A DNA stretch of 64,000 bases from Chiloscyllium plagiosum (Eukaryota): NCBI RefSeq assembly GCF_004010195.1, contig NC_057719.1:14658416-14722415 (forward strand), given 5' to 3'. Shown here one piece after another: positions 39,018-51,915 of the stretch. The stretch's first letter is position 1. Each line of letters starts with the position of its first letter. The notes beneath the pieces were generated by a model, which was not told where the DNA came from, searched no databases, and worked only from the letters and a program-made list of their open reading frames with translations. The position numbers and the translations under genes were made by a program.

Positions 39018-40074
39018 ATGACTGTAATTAAACTGTTGGATACCAACACTGTTATTGGAAATTTCCACTTCCTACATTCTATTTTGTCATTTATATTTCA
39101 TGCTGGGCAATATTTCTTGCAACACCAGTCATTATAAAGGCTTTGTGTCACAGTGATGAACTTGGGCAAAGGTTAACTTGTGTTTTTACCAGGTATGATA
39201 GAGAAACATTATTGAAAAATGCCATCACAGCAAGAAGAAAAATTGCCTCTTAACCAGGAAGATTCACATTTTAATCCAGTGATGTTCTGGTTTTCCGTAG
39301 TTGCAAGTCATGCATTGTGTGGCACAGTGATTCTGGTTTAGAAATAACTGAGTTAAGGGAGGCACATGAGTTTGTTTGGCGAATGACTTATGTGTCAGTC
39401 AGTATAACATGGGATTCAATATCCGCCTGTCAGTAAGGCTAACGTGGGGCCTATCTACCCACCCAGTCTTCAATAAAATCACAGCCTAAGCCCGGAAGCC
39501 CTTAGCCCTGGTAAACCTTGAATAATCAAGGATGCGACTCAGAGGAGAAGAAATAATGAGTGAGTTGAGTTAAAAGCAAGTTTAAAATAATTCTCTCTTA
39601 TCAGAAAAGTATAAGACCAACAAGGATAGTCAACATAGATGATGCTACCACAACAAGATCTGCAAAATGGAAATCTGTCCTTTACACATGATATCATTGT
39701 GACTAAGAAGTTAATGTGCTCTGCCAAACTGTTACTCATAACTGTAACAAGCTGCACTTAAAGTTTAAGTTGGAAAGAAAATTTTACAGCATCCCACTTG
39801 CCTGGAGCTTACTGGAAGTTTACAGTAACTTTAAAAATCTTGTCAGCATCTCATTGTGATCCACGGTGCTTAGAAAGGTGGGACCTATCAGTCTGAGCAT
39901 TTCTCACAAATTGATTTACAAAAGGCTATCTGTAAACCTGTCAATATTCCTCCCTTTGCCAAGATTATTTTTTTTCTTTTTCGCATCGTCCAGTATCTCT
40001 GCCTCTTCTACTTTATATCCAAATATAAAATAATGACTGCTGGAATATTCCAAATAAAGAAAAAGAACAAGGAA

Positions 40075-40574
40075 CAAAGAACAGTATAGCACAGGAACAG
40101 GCTCTTCGGTCTATCAAGCCTGCACTGATACTTGATGTCTTTCTAAACTAAAATCCTTTTGTCTTTATGCAGGCTGTATCCTCTATTCCCTGCCTGTTCA
40201 TATCATCTGTCAAGATGCCTTTTAAATATTGCTATTGTATCCACTTCCACCATCTCCTCTGACAGTGCATTCCAGGTTCTTACCACCCTCTGTGTAAAAC
40301 AAAATGCCTTTCGCATTCCCTTTAATCTTACCCTATTTTAGCTTAACCCCATGCCCCTATTTCTCCCCTGGAAAAAAGGCACTGACTAGCTACTCTATCC
40401 ATGCATCTCATAATTTTGTAAACTTCCATTAAGTCACCCCTTATTCTTCGACATTCAAGTGAAAACGACATTCATCGCTCGTAGCTAATACCCTCCAAAC
40501 CAGGCAATATCCTGCTAAACCATTTCTTCAAAGCCTCCATATCTTGTGATAATGTGACGACCAGAACTGTGCAC
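40075..40574 (-). mobile_element. CR1 LINE 3' fragment running into an assembly gap
   Basis: Similar to 28125-28680. Confidence 0.75.
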
Positions 40575-41074
40575 NNNNNNNNNNNNNNNNNNNNNNNNNN
40601 NNNNNNNNNNNNNNNNNNNNNNNNNNNNNNNNNNNNNNNNNNNNNNNNNNNNNNNNNNNNNNNNNNNNNNNNNNNNNNNNNNNNNNNNNNNNNNNNNNNN
40701 NNNNNNNNNNNNNNNNNNNNNNNNNNNNNNNNNNNNNNNNNNNNNNNNNNNNNNNNNNNNNNNNNNNNNNNNNNNNNNNNNNNNNNNNNNNNNNNNNNNN
40801 NNNNNNNNNNNNNNNNNNNNNNNNNNNNNNNNNNNNNNNNNNNNNNNNNNNNNNNNNNNNNNNNNNNNNNNNNNNNNNNNNNNNNNNNNNNNNNNNNNNN
40901 NNNNNNNNNNNNNNNNNNNNNNNNNNNNNNNNNNNNNNNNNNNNNNNNNNNNNNNNNNNNNNNNNNNNNNNNNNNNNNNNNNNNNNNNNNNNNNNNNNNN
41001 NNNNNNNNNNNNNNNNNNNNNNNNNNNNNNNNNNNNNNNNNNNNNNNNNNNNNNNNNNNNNNNNNNNNNNNNNN
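40575..41074. other. Assembly gap (500 N)
   Basis: Run of N. Confidence 1.
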
Positions 41075-42724
41075 GACTCGCCAACTTTAAATGGTCATTG
41101 GATAGGCAAATGGATGAGAATGGAATAATATAGATTAGATGGGCTTCAGATTGGTTTCACAGTTCAGCGCAACACCGAGTGCTCAAGGGCCTGTACTGCA
41201 CTGTAATGTTCTATGTTCTATGTTCTACAATTGGTTACTGGCCTCCATTCAGAAAAACACCCTTCCACAGCTACTCCCTGTCTTCTATGATTAAACCAGT
41301 TCTGTTTCCATGTTAGCAGATCATTGTGCATCCCACATGACTTCACCTTCTGTATCAGGGGCTTGACCCTGAATCAATGAAAGAAAAGTGCACACATGCA
41401 AGGAAATAATATGAATATATATCCACCAACATATGATCTGACCAACATTACAAGATAGACTTTCCTGAAATCAGGTTTACAGGTTGGAATTTTTGAGTGA
41501 AGCAACATATTTGTAAAAAAATGATAATGATGCCCATTCATAGTACATCCTTAGAGTTTCAGAATTTTTAAACAAAGCAAGGATATATAATATTTATCCT
41601 GAATTTTTGCGTTCAGTGGAACTTTGGTGAAGCAAACGAAAAATTGCATGACATCTGCACTCCACATTTTTTCTCTGCATTGATCGTTCCTTAGGTAATC
41701 TTTCTGCTCCTGGGTAATACGAGAAAAATTCAACAGCCTCCCTCTCAAGAATCTAATGTTTCATCTTGACTCGGTGACAAAATGTTCAAGCGCACTTTGA
41801 AAAACTTTGAATTTTAACTTTTTACTGGCACTGATTTTGTCGCGTAGGACAGCCATGGGCAGATACCTGCTCCATTCATCAGTGTTTTCTGATTTTCCTT
41901 CTGTATGAGATGCTACTACTTTATTCCACATGCTTTCCGTCTCTTACCTGACACATCCCATGATGCTGAAGCACATCCATACGGAGGAATGGAAGCGGGA
42001 CATGTTATGATGTACTTTCAATGGGGCCTCCCAACACATTAAGATTATGCAGCAAAAACATTTGGAAAGGCAATGAGACAAGTCCAGTATGACTGTTCAG
42101 AACTAAAAGTTGTTGGAAAATAAGATTTTTTAAAAATACTTTTGACAGAGGCAGTGGAGGAGAAAGAATGCAAATGATATAATGGTCCAGAGCAAAATCA
42201 AAGTGTTTGTTTCTAGTGGAGAAAGGGAAGAAAAGATATAGAGAGGGTTTAGATTAAGATGTGAAAGGAATCATAGAATCCCTGTGGAAGCAGGCCATCG
42301 AATCTACACTGACTCTCTCTTTAATACACTGTGTAACTTGTTCTCCACAGTTATCTGCGGCAAGCAGTTCCACAGATTCATTAGCCTCTAGCTGAAGAAA
42401 TTCCGCCTCATCTCAGTTCGAAAGAGTTGTCCCTTCACTCTGAGGCTGTGCCCTCAGGTCCTAGTTTCTCCTAACAGTGTAAATATCTTTTCCGTTTCCA
42501 GTCTAGTCAGTATTCTGTAAGTTTTGATGAAATTCCTCCTCATCCTCTAAAACTCCGTCGAGTACAGACTCAGAGTCCTCAACCTCTCCTTATATGATAT
42601 TTATGTTGCACTTATTCAAGGAAGCCAGGACATTGTTTATTCAGCCCTCACAATTGTTGACTCCTCTTCTGTATCATAACCACAGCTATCTTTTCCTGCT
42701 TACAACTGCACTCCCTCTCCCCTT

Positions 42725-43336
42725 TGTGACAATACAATGATTTTAAGAGGTGAGTTTGTCCTGGTTTGTTGTTTGAAGAGATGTTTTAAGACAGAGGTAA
42801 CGAGCTGTGCATTTGAATCCAATACAGTAGATGGCTTGTGAAGTCTTGGGGTGTTTGTTTAATGTTGCAACCACAGAAACAGCCTGAATGTGTGGGCCCC
42901 AGCTCCCACAGAACCAGGGTTTTTAGTTTTCGCTTTTCAGTACCAGTTACTGGGATCCTGAAGCTGTGTTTGGAAGCTGCAGCATGTCTCTCTCTCCCCT
43001 ACTATCTCTCTCAGAGTTTTCCCTTGATGTTTTTTCTTCCCTCCTGGACTGGAGAATTGCCTGTGAAACAATCTATTTAACTGAATTTGCCTTTGCCAAG
43101 AATAATCTCTCATTCTGTTAAGTTTTCTAATAGGGTTAATTATTCCAATTTCTTCTTTCTTTTGTTGTATTTTAACTACACTGTACGAATAAAGTGTACT
43201 TTGCTTTAAATATTGCAGTTTGACCAATTGAATTGCACCCAGAATGCAACGCCTGGCATGTGCATTTAAAATAAAAAACGGTTAGTGTCTAGGCTGTCTT
43301 CTTCATATAGTTTGATGCTTGGTCTGGTCCATAACA
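42725..43336 (+). mobile_element. Solo LTR (probably Gypsy-type)
   Basis: TGT...ACA termini, 4-bp TSD cctt (42721-42724 / 43337-43340), internal AATAAA near 43188. Confidence 0.7.
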
Positions 43337-43464
43337 CCTTTGTTACCAACCCTCTATTTCATGGTCTCTTCCTCCCTCCAAGACCCCCACCTTCAATGTC
43401 TATCTCTTTCCTGCTGTCAAATGCACTCACTCTCTTGCTCTTTTGTTTACAATATCATTCCATG

Positions 43465-43797
43465 GAGAGGTAACAGCCGAGTGATATTATCACTCTTAAC
43501 TGCGAAACCTAGGTAATGTTCCAGGGACTTGGGTTTGAACTCTGCCACAGCAGATTGTGAAATTTGAATTAAATAAATATCTAGAATCTATGATGACCAG
43601 GAATCCATTATTGACTGTTGGAATAAACCCACTGGGTTCACCAATGTTCTGTAGGGAAGGAAACTTGTGATCTGGCCTACATATAACTCCAGATCCACAA
43701 CAATGAGGTTGATTCTTAACTGTCCTCTGGGCAATTAGGGTTGGGCAATAAATGCTGGTCGAGCCAGCGACACCCCTCATCCCGCGAAGGAATCAAG
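43465..43797 (+). mobile_element. SINE family 2 copy
   Basis: Same blocks as 26810-27115; tail gggcaataaatgctggtcgagccagcgacaccc. Confidence 0.75.
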
Positions 43798-44246
43798 AAG
43801 AAACATCTCCCCTCTTGACTGCAGCCTCTTTCTCCCTCTCAAATGCAGTTTCTCTCTTTCATCTTGATCTCAACCTCTCTGATGCTTAAAATTACCTTAT
43901 TCCTTCCCCTCCTGAGAATGCTGTCCATTCCCCTAGACTTTATGGGATGTCTCTCACATGTTATTGCAGGCTCTCACCTCTTCAATTTCCAGGAGAACCT
44001 CTTTCAGAGTTTGAGCCTCTCGCACTTGTTTTCCTCACTGGTCTACCCCATGCTGTAGTTGTCAGTTTTCAGTCTTTATAGCAGTCTGCCTTCTTGCCCA
44101 CAGATACTGGGATCATTGCTACTAGCAAGAGAGCCCTCATTATGAAAGCTTGTCCCTGGTTTAAATTTTGGGAATTCATGTGATGTTCCATCTTCAACAT
44201 GCTGCTCCTGTAAATCAGCTCAAGGTGAAAAACAGGCCTGGCACTC

Positions 44247-44556
44247 ACAGAATCCCTACAGTGTGGAAATAGACCCTTCGAACCACTAAGTCCACACTGA
44301 CCCCCCAAAGAGTATCCCTCCCAAACCCATTCCCCTACCCTGTTACCCTACATTTACCCCTGACTAATGCACCTAATCTACACATCCCTGAATACTATGA
44401 GTAATTCACCTAGCCTGCATATCTTTTGATTGTGGAGGAAACCCAAACAGACACAGGAAGAATATGCAAACTCTACATAGACAGTCGCCCTAGGGTGGAA
44501 TCAAACCCGGGTCCCTAGCGCTGGGAGGCAGCAGTGCTAACCACTGAGCCACCATG
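44247..44556 (-). mobile_element. HE1-type SINE
   Basis: Homologous to 5211-5530. Confidence 0.85.
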
Positions 44557-45154
44557 CAATGTTGGGAGCATTATTCCAGAAATTGATATACTTGTCTTAA
44601 AACCAACTGGACACAGAAACAGAAACAATTCCTGATATTTTGGAGATCAAAACACACAGGACTTAGAACAGAAACATAGTGAGCTATCTGATCAAATAAA
44701 TGTATAAATTGCAAACAAATATAAGCAAACTATCATTTCTTAATGATATTGCAAACACCACTGCCTTCAAATGTGCATTTTATTTCCATAGTTTAAAAGC
44801 TATTTTGGTTTTGAGAAAGTATCATTGCAGCTAGAAAGAAATATTATATAGTAATTGTGTTCAGGGTATTATATATAGTTACAGATGCAGATTATTTCCA
44901 TCGGCTCTTTTTAAAGGTTGTTCTTCATGTTGGCTGGCAAACATTTGGAGAGCTTATAATTTGGATGATGTGGATTTGGAAGACAGAGTGGAAATGTCAA
45001 TGGACCTGTTATCCAGAACCCCAGGCAAATGTTCTGGGCACGTGGATTTAAGTTCCATCATGGCTGATGATGAAATTTGAATGCAGTAAACTTGGAGATA
45101 AAAAAAATTTAACCATGCAACCATTGTCCATTGTTGTAAAAACCCATCAGGTCA

Positions 45155-47082
45155 TAGATAGGAGAGATTGAACGAATCCTCAGAAGAATATAAAGACAGT
45201 AGGAATATACTTAACAGGGAAATCAGGAGGGCAAAAAGTGGACATGAGGTAGTTTTGGCAAATAGAGTTAAGGAGAATCCAAAAGGATTTTATAAATACA
45301 TTAAGGACAAAAGGGTAACAAAGGAGAGAATAGGGCCCCTCAAAGATCAGCAAGGCAGCCCATATGTGGAGCCGCAGGAGATGGGGAGATACTAAACAAG
45401 TATTTTGCATCAGTGTTTACTGTGGAAAAGGAAATGGAAGATATAGAACATAGGGAAATAGATGGTGACATCTTGAAAAATGTCAATATTACAGAAAAGG
45501 AGGTGCTGGAAGTCTTGAAATGCATAAAAGTGGATAAATCTCCAGGGCCTGATCAGGTGTACCCTAGAACTCTATGGGAAGCTAGGGAAGTGCTTGCTGC
45601 GCCTCTTGCTGAGATATTTGTATCATCAATAGTCACAGGTAAGGTGCCAGAAGACTGAAGGTTGGCTAACATGGTGCCACTATTTAATAGAAGAGGAAAA
45701 GGAAACGCCAGGGAACTATAGACCGGTGAGCCTGACATCGGTGATCGGCAGGTTGTTGGAGGGAATCCTGAGGAACAGGATGTACATGGATTTGGAAAGG
45801 CAAGGACTGATTAGGGATAGTCAACATGGCTTTGTGCATGGGAAATCATGTCTCACAAACTTGATTGAGTTTTCTGAAGAAATAATAAAGAAGGATTGAT
45901 GAGGGCAGAGCATTATACACGATCTGTATGGACTTCAGTAAGGCGTTCAACAAACTTCCTCATGGGAGACTGGTTACCAAGGTTAGATCTCATGGAATGC
46001 AGGGTGAACTAGCTATTTTGGATACAGAACTGCCTCAAAGGTAGAAGACAGAGGGTGGTGGTAGAGGATTGCTTTTCAGACTGGAGGCCTGTGACCACTG
46101 GAGTGCCACAAGAATCGGTGCTGGGGCCACTGCTTCTCGTCATTCATATAAATGGCTGGGATGCGAGCATAAGAGGTACCGTTCGTAAGCTTGCAGATGA
46201 CAACAAAATTGGAGGTATAGTGGACAGCGAAGAGGGTTACCTCAGAGTACAAAGGGATCTTGAGCAGATGGGCTAATGGGTTGAGGAGGCAGATGGAGTT
46301 TAATTTAGACATATGTGAGGTGTTTCTTTTTGGAAAAACAAATCTTAGCAGGACTTACACACTTAATGATAAGATCCTGGGGAGTGTTGCTGAACAAAGA
46401 GACCTTGGAGTGCAGGTTCATAGTTCCTTGAACGTGGAGTTGCAGGTAGATAGGATAGTGAAGAAGGCGTTTGGTATGCTTTCCTTTATTGGTCAGAGCA
46501 TTGGGTATAGAAGTTGAGAGGTCATGTCGCAGCTGTCCAGGGTATTGATTGGGCCACTTTTGGAATATTGCATGCAATTCTGATCTCCTTCCTATCGGAA
46601 GAAGTTGTGAAACTCAAAAAGGTTCAGAAAAGATTTACAAGGATGTTGCCAGGGTTGGAGGATTTGAGCTATAGGGAGAGGCTGAATAGGTTGAGGCTAA
46701 GTGCCCCAGGCAAAAGGGTGACCTTACAGAGGTTTATAAAATCATGAGGGACATGGATAGGATAAGTAGACAAGATCTTTTCCCTGGGATGTGGGAATCC
46801 AGAACTAGAGGGTTTAGGGTTGGAAGGGAAAGATTTAAAAGGGACTAAGGGGCAACCTTTTCACACAAAGGGTGGTGTATGTATGGAATCAGCTGCAGAG
46901 GAAGTGTTGGAGGCTGGTACAATTACAACATTTAAAAGGCATCTGGATGGGTAAATTAATCGGAAGGGTTTAGAGGGATATGGGCCAAGTGCTGGCAGGT
47001 GGGACTAGATTAGGTTAGGATATCTGGTTGGCATGGACAAGTTGGACCGAAGGGTCTGTTTCTGTACTGTACATCTCTATGA
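45155..47082 (+). mobile_element. CR1 (HER1-like) LINE, about 1.9 kb, disrupted RT, inserted into a family 2 SINE
   Basis: KENPKGFYKYIK, VDKSPGPD, GVPQESVLGPLL, KLADD; SINE halves at about 44995-45152 and 47083-47220. Confidence 0.92.
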
Positions 47083-47266
47083 TCCCCTTTAAGGAAAGAA
47101 ATCTGCCACCCTTAACTATCTTTATTGACACTTGACTCCAGATCCACAAAAATGTTCTTAATGGCCCAATGGGAAATGAGGAATGAGCAAGAAATGTTAG
47201 CCTAGCCAATCTATGAACAAGTTTTGTCAAAAAAACAAATGCCATCTCCATTGCCTTGAATATTCT

Positions 47267-47537
47267 TTAGATTAGATTACTTACAGTGTGGAAACAGGCC
47301 CTTCGGCCCAACAAGTCCTCACCGACCCACAACCCATTCCCCTACACCTAATACTACAGGCAATTTAGCATGGCCAATTCACCTGACCTGCACATTTTTG
47401 GATTGTGGGAGGAAACCCACACAGACATAGGGAGAATGTGCAAACTCCACACAGAGAGTCGCCTGGGGTGGGAATTGAACCCAGGTCTCTGGCGGTGGGA
47501 GGCAGTAGTACTAACCACTGTGCCATTGTGCTGCCCA
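47267..47537 (-). mobile_element. HE1-type SINE
   Basis: Homologous to 5211-5530, including the (ctaat)n tail. Confidence 0.88.
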
Positions 47538-48407
47538 CCACATTCTGGTGAAATATTCCTTGCTGAAACAATCCACAATACAAGAAGGTTCCTGCCTCCT
47601 TATCTCCCTAAGGTAAGGTTGCTAACCCTCCAGGATTACTATGGAATCTCCAGAAATTGAAGATTAGTCTCCAGGATATTATCAAGAACAAAAACCCACA
47701 GAAAAGTAATCACGACATTTAAAAAGTTGAGTTTAATTGTCTGCTAACATTTTCATTTATTCATAACAAAAGTATTAGGAAGGGTTTTACTTTGTGGAGA
47801 GGTTAGAGACGGGTGGGTATGGAGCTTTTGTTTTTCAAGAAAAGGTATATCCCATTTGTATTCAGTTTAATAACATTTGGGCTAATTGTCCATACACCAG
47901 GACAATCTGGCTAGACACTGATTCTCAATGGTACACTGGACTAGTTATTGGCTTCAGCACTTTGTTTATCATGGCGTGTTGGTTTCGTTCCCACATTCCC
48001 AGTCGATGCAAACAACATTTGACCTGGCCCAGCCCAAACAGCCTGATCCCTGCTCATGCACTCTTTGTGTTGTTTCTTGTCCTCATTTAGTGCAGCTGCT
48101 GAGTTGTTGTTTGTGGTTTCCTTTAAAGTTTCCTTTAAAGGATTACTGCTGGAATTAGATTGAGGTACATCAAATGTTATGCAAATATTATCCTTTTTTA
48201 ATACAATGTTTAACATATTTCTTATTCATTTAATCTGTCCTTGGATTTTACTGTCCAAAATCCGAGAAAGTCCAAAATCCAGTAGTGTCCTGTTCCCAAG
48301 TGTCTGTGAATGACCAACCTAGTAATTTTAAAATGTTTACTAAATTTCCTCTTAGCTTTTTCTTCTTTAGATCAAATACTTGCACTATCTCATCTCAGTC
48401 ACCTTTT

Positions 48408-48655
48408 AGGGTGGCATGTGGCTCAGTAGCAAGCCCTGCTGTCTCACAGCGCCAGGAACCTGGATTCAATTCCAGCCTTGGCAAATGCATGGGTTTCCTC
48501 CGAGTGCTCCAATTTCCTCTTGTGGTCCAAAGATGTGCAGCTTAGGTGAATTAGCCATGATAAATGTGGGGTTATAGGGAATGGGATAGTCTTTGGAGAG
48601 TTGGTGTGGACTTGATGGACCAAATGGCTTGATTCCACACTGTACGGATTCTATC
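48408..48655 (+). mobile_element. HE1-type SINE, diverged
   Basis: gtggctcagtagc..ggattcaattcc head and gtccaaagatgtgcag core. Confidence 0.75.
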
Positions 48656-49744
48656 GCTGAGAACGCCCTGATCGATTCATGTTGTGCAACCTGAACTGGA
48701 TGCCAAAAACAATTTTTAAATTTTTTACAAACTTACAGACAGTCTGCTACTTTCTTCTACGACAATTGTCAAAAGAACCTGAGAAGAGAGGAGGAGAAAA
48801 GAATTGTGCCGCAAAGTCTTATGATCTGAAGTGAGATTTTGGAACAGGTAGTAGAAGGACATTAAAGTATAACTTGAAGAAGGGAATAAAATAAGTCCTT
48901 ATAATAGAAATAATTGCAAGGTAATGAGGGATAATGAGGGAAGTAGAACAAACTGGATCACTATCTTAATGAACCAGCAGAGGCACAATTGACTGAATGG
49001 TCTCCTCAGCTGCATTGTTCAGCAACTTTATGATCTGCATATCCTACTTTATCTCTTCGAACTATATTTTCTGCCTCCGCACTACATTCTATATGCCACA
49101 TGGTTTTCTTTACGCTAATTTTAATGACAAACATGATGGATTCGTTACTGAAAATACAAGAGAGATTATATTATTAGGTTTCAAACTATGCATTGACTTC
49201 TGTTGCTAAGCATAGCTACTTAAGTTATTTACTTGGAACACAGTGGGCAATAAATACAGCAAAGCATCATTAACTGAGGAACTGTGGACCTATTTGCTGG
49301 CATTACTCCAATAGTGAACTTTATACTGATTGGAAGAAATGTAGCTGTGCCAGAGGATATTACTGCTGCACCTTGGCTGTAGTATCTGTACAAATGTTTT
49401 TTCTCTGACTTCTCCTTGGTTTTCTTGCTTTACTTTGAGATTTCTACTTTGCTCCAATCAAAGTGTAAAGTTGCTATCCCATTTAAGATCAGGATACAAC
49501 TCTGTGCTCTTGCTGTGGAACATCCATGTATTATGCCTAGAGTTGATATCAGGGAGCAGATTTCCATATTTGTTGGGGGTATCAGGAAAAAGTACTTATC
49601 CCATCTTCTATTCTAGCCTTGGTCTTGAGATTACCAGGATCCCAGGAGGAAAATCCAGTAAAAATTGTGAAAATGCACACTTTTCTGACCTGCTTTGTTT
49701 CCCTCAAGAACAATGCTCCAGTAAGACCAGTATGTTCATTTCCA

Positions 49745-51010
49745 AGTATTTCTGAGGAAAGGCTGGACACCAGTATTCACCACACACCCACTGACCCCAA
49801 CAATTACCTGGGCTATACAGCCTCACACCCTGCTTCCTGTAAAGACTCTATTCCCTTCTCCTGGTCTCCCTCCAGTGGTGCATCTGTTCTGTTAGTGCCT
49901 CTTTCTGCAAGGAAGCCTCTGAAATGTCCACTTTTCCCCTCAATGGAGGGTTCCCTGCAACTATGGTTAACAGGGCCCTCAGTCATCTCCCACACTCTTG
50001 ACCTTACCCCTTCTCTTCCCTCCCACAACAACAATAGGATCCACCTTGTCCTTACCTATCACCTCATCACACATCCAAAAGATTGTAAGCCACCATATTT
50101 GCTACCTTCTGTGAGATGCCACCACCAGACACATACTCCCCTCTTCTCCTTTGTTAACATTCCAGAAGGACTGCCCCTTCCAGGATACTGCCCCCACATC
50201 CCTACACCTCTACACACCCCATGGCACCTTACCATGCAATTGCAGAAGGTGTAACACTTGCCCATTTACTTCTTCCCTCCTCACTACCCTAGGCCCCAGA
50301 CACACTTTCCCAGTGAAACACCAGTATGGTATAGTGATTTGCCAGCATTTCATTCATCTGGTCTCATGTAATCACTGCTCACAATGCTGTCTCATCTACA
50401 CTGGGGAGACAAAAAGCAGACTGGGTGACCGCTTTGTGGAGCACCTCTGTTCTCTCTGTGAAAATGCTCTGATTTTCCTATTGCCTGCTACTTCAACACA
50501 CCACCGTGTTCCCTGGTCATTATCTCTGTTCTGGGCCTGTGACAGTGCTCCAGCGAAGTTCAGAGCAAACTGGAAGAACAGTACCTCATTTTCCACTTGG
50601 GAAACCTGCAGCCTTCAGGACTCAATATCGAGTTCAATAACTTTAAGGCCTGATTATCTTTACCAGTGTCCTTACCTCAACCCCCACACACCAGGCCCTG
50701 TCATCACATGAGCTGCTTTCTTCCTAACCAACCCATTTTCACCAACTAATGGTCCATATTGTAAGCTTTCCTTTCCCCCCGGCTTACCATTATCCATCCC
50801 TTTGTCTGTCCAATTGCTGTTGTCTCTGGGCTCCATCTCCATCTATTGTTCACTCCTTCCCCCTCCCCTCAACTCATCTTCAGCATATGTACCAATGTTT
50901 TCCTAGCTAGCATCAGTTCTGAAGAAGGGTCACTGGACTTGAAAGGTTAACTCTGATTTCTCTCCACAGATGCTGCCAAACCTGCTGAAACTTTTCATTA
51001 ATTTCTGTTT
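49745..51010 (+). mobile_element. Penelope-like element (family C), decayed RT C-terminus + GIY-YIG + HHR-bearing 3' end
   Basis: RLDTSIHHTPTDPNNYLGYTASHPASCKDSIPFS; CSQCCLIYTGETKSRLGDRFVEHL; HHR at 50915-50952. Confidence 0.85.
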
Positions 51011-51631
51011 AAGTATTACTATATCTTTATATTTTTTTTCCTGCACTCTTTATTCTAAGTTTCAATCCCTAAATGGCAGAAATAGACTCAGAGTGGCCAG
51101 GTTTATCTCATTTCATGGTCATCATCAGACTCAAATTAGATTCAAATTCCATGGCAGGATTTGAACGCAGGTCCCCAGAACATTACTGGCGTCTCTGAAC
51201 AATACCAGTGATAATGCCACTACCCCATCAGCACCTCCTGAAAAATAATGGGTTGCACATTTAAGACAGAGATGAGGAGAACTTTCTTCTCTCAGGGTGT
51301 GAATCTGTGGGCATTTTTACCAAAGTGGGCTTTTGAGGCTTAGTCATTAAGTATATTCAAAGCTGAGCCAGATAGATTTTCAATCACTGAGGGAATCATG
51401 GATTATGGGGAAAAGATAGTTGAGTTGAAGATGATTAGATCAACCATGATCCCAATGAATGGTGGATCAGATTAGGTGGGCTGAACGACCTTCATCTGCT
51501 CCTTTGTGTTATGGACCTCTAACTGTGCTGCTTGGGGGCTAGTTTTTGTTTTGATCCTGTACCTGTTTGGTCTTGATATACATAGTCACTAAAATCTGGC
51601 CCTAGGAGCTTGAGACAAGTTAAGGTGATCA

Positions 51632-51915
51632 CCTAACCCTAACCCTAACTGTTAACCTAATCCGAAACCAAAACCTAACTCGAGTCTTAACTCTAGCCCT
51701 AGCCCTAGCCTCAACCCTAACCCTAACCATAACCCCGCCAATCCTAACTCTAGCCCCAACCCTAACCCTAACCATAACCCCCCAACCCTAACTCTAGCCC
51801 CAACCCTAACCGTAACCATAACCACTCTAACTCTAGCCCCAATCCTAACCGTAACCATAACCCCCTAACCCTAACTCTAGACCTAACCCTAAACCTAGCC
51901 ATAATTCTAATTGTA
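51632..51915. repeat. Degenerate interstitial telomere-like (CCCTAA)n array
   Basis: ccctaa hexamers mixed with ctctag, ccccaa, ccgtaa and ccataa variants. Confidence 0.85.

Noticed and set aside
40515..41090. ORFs of 178-189 aa
   Set aside because: Artefacts of the N gap
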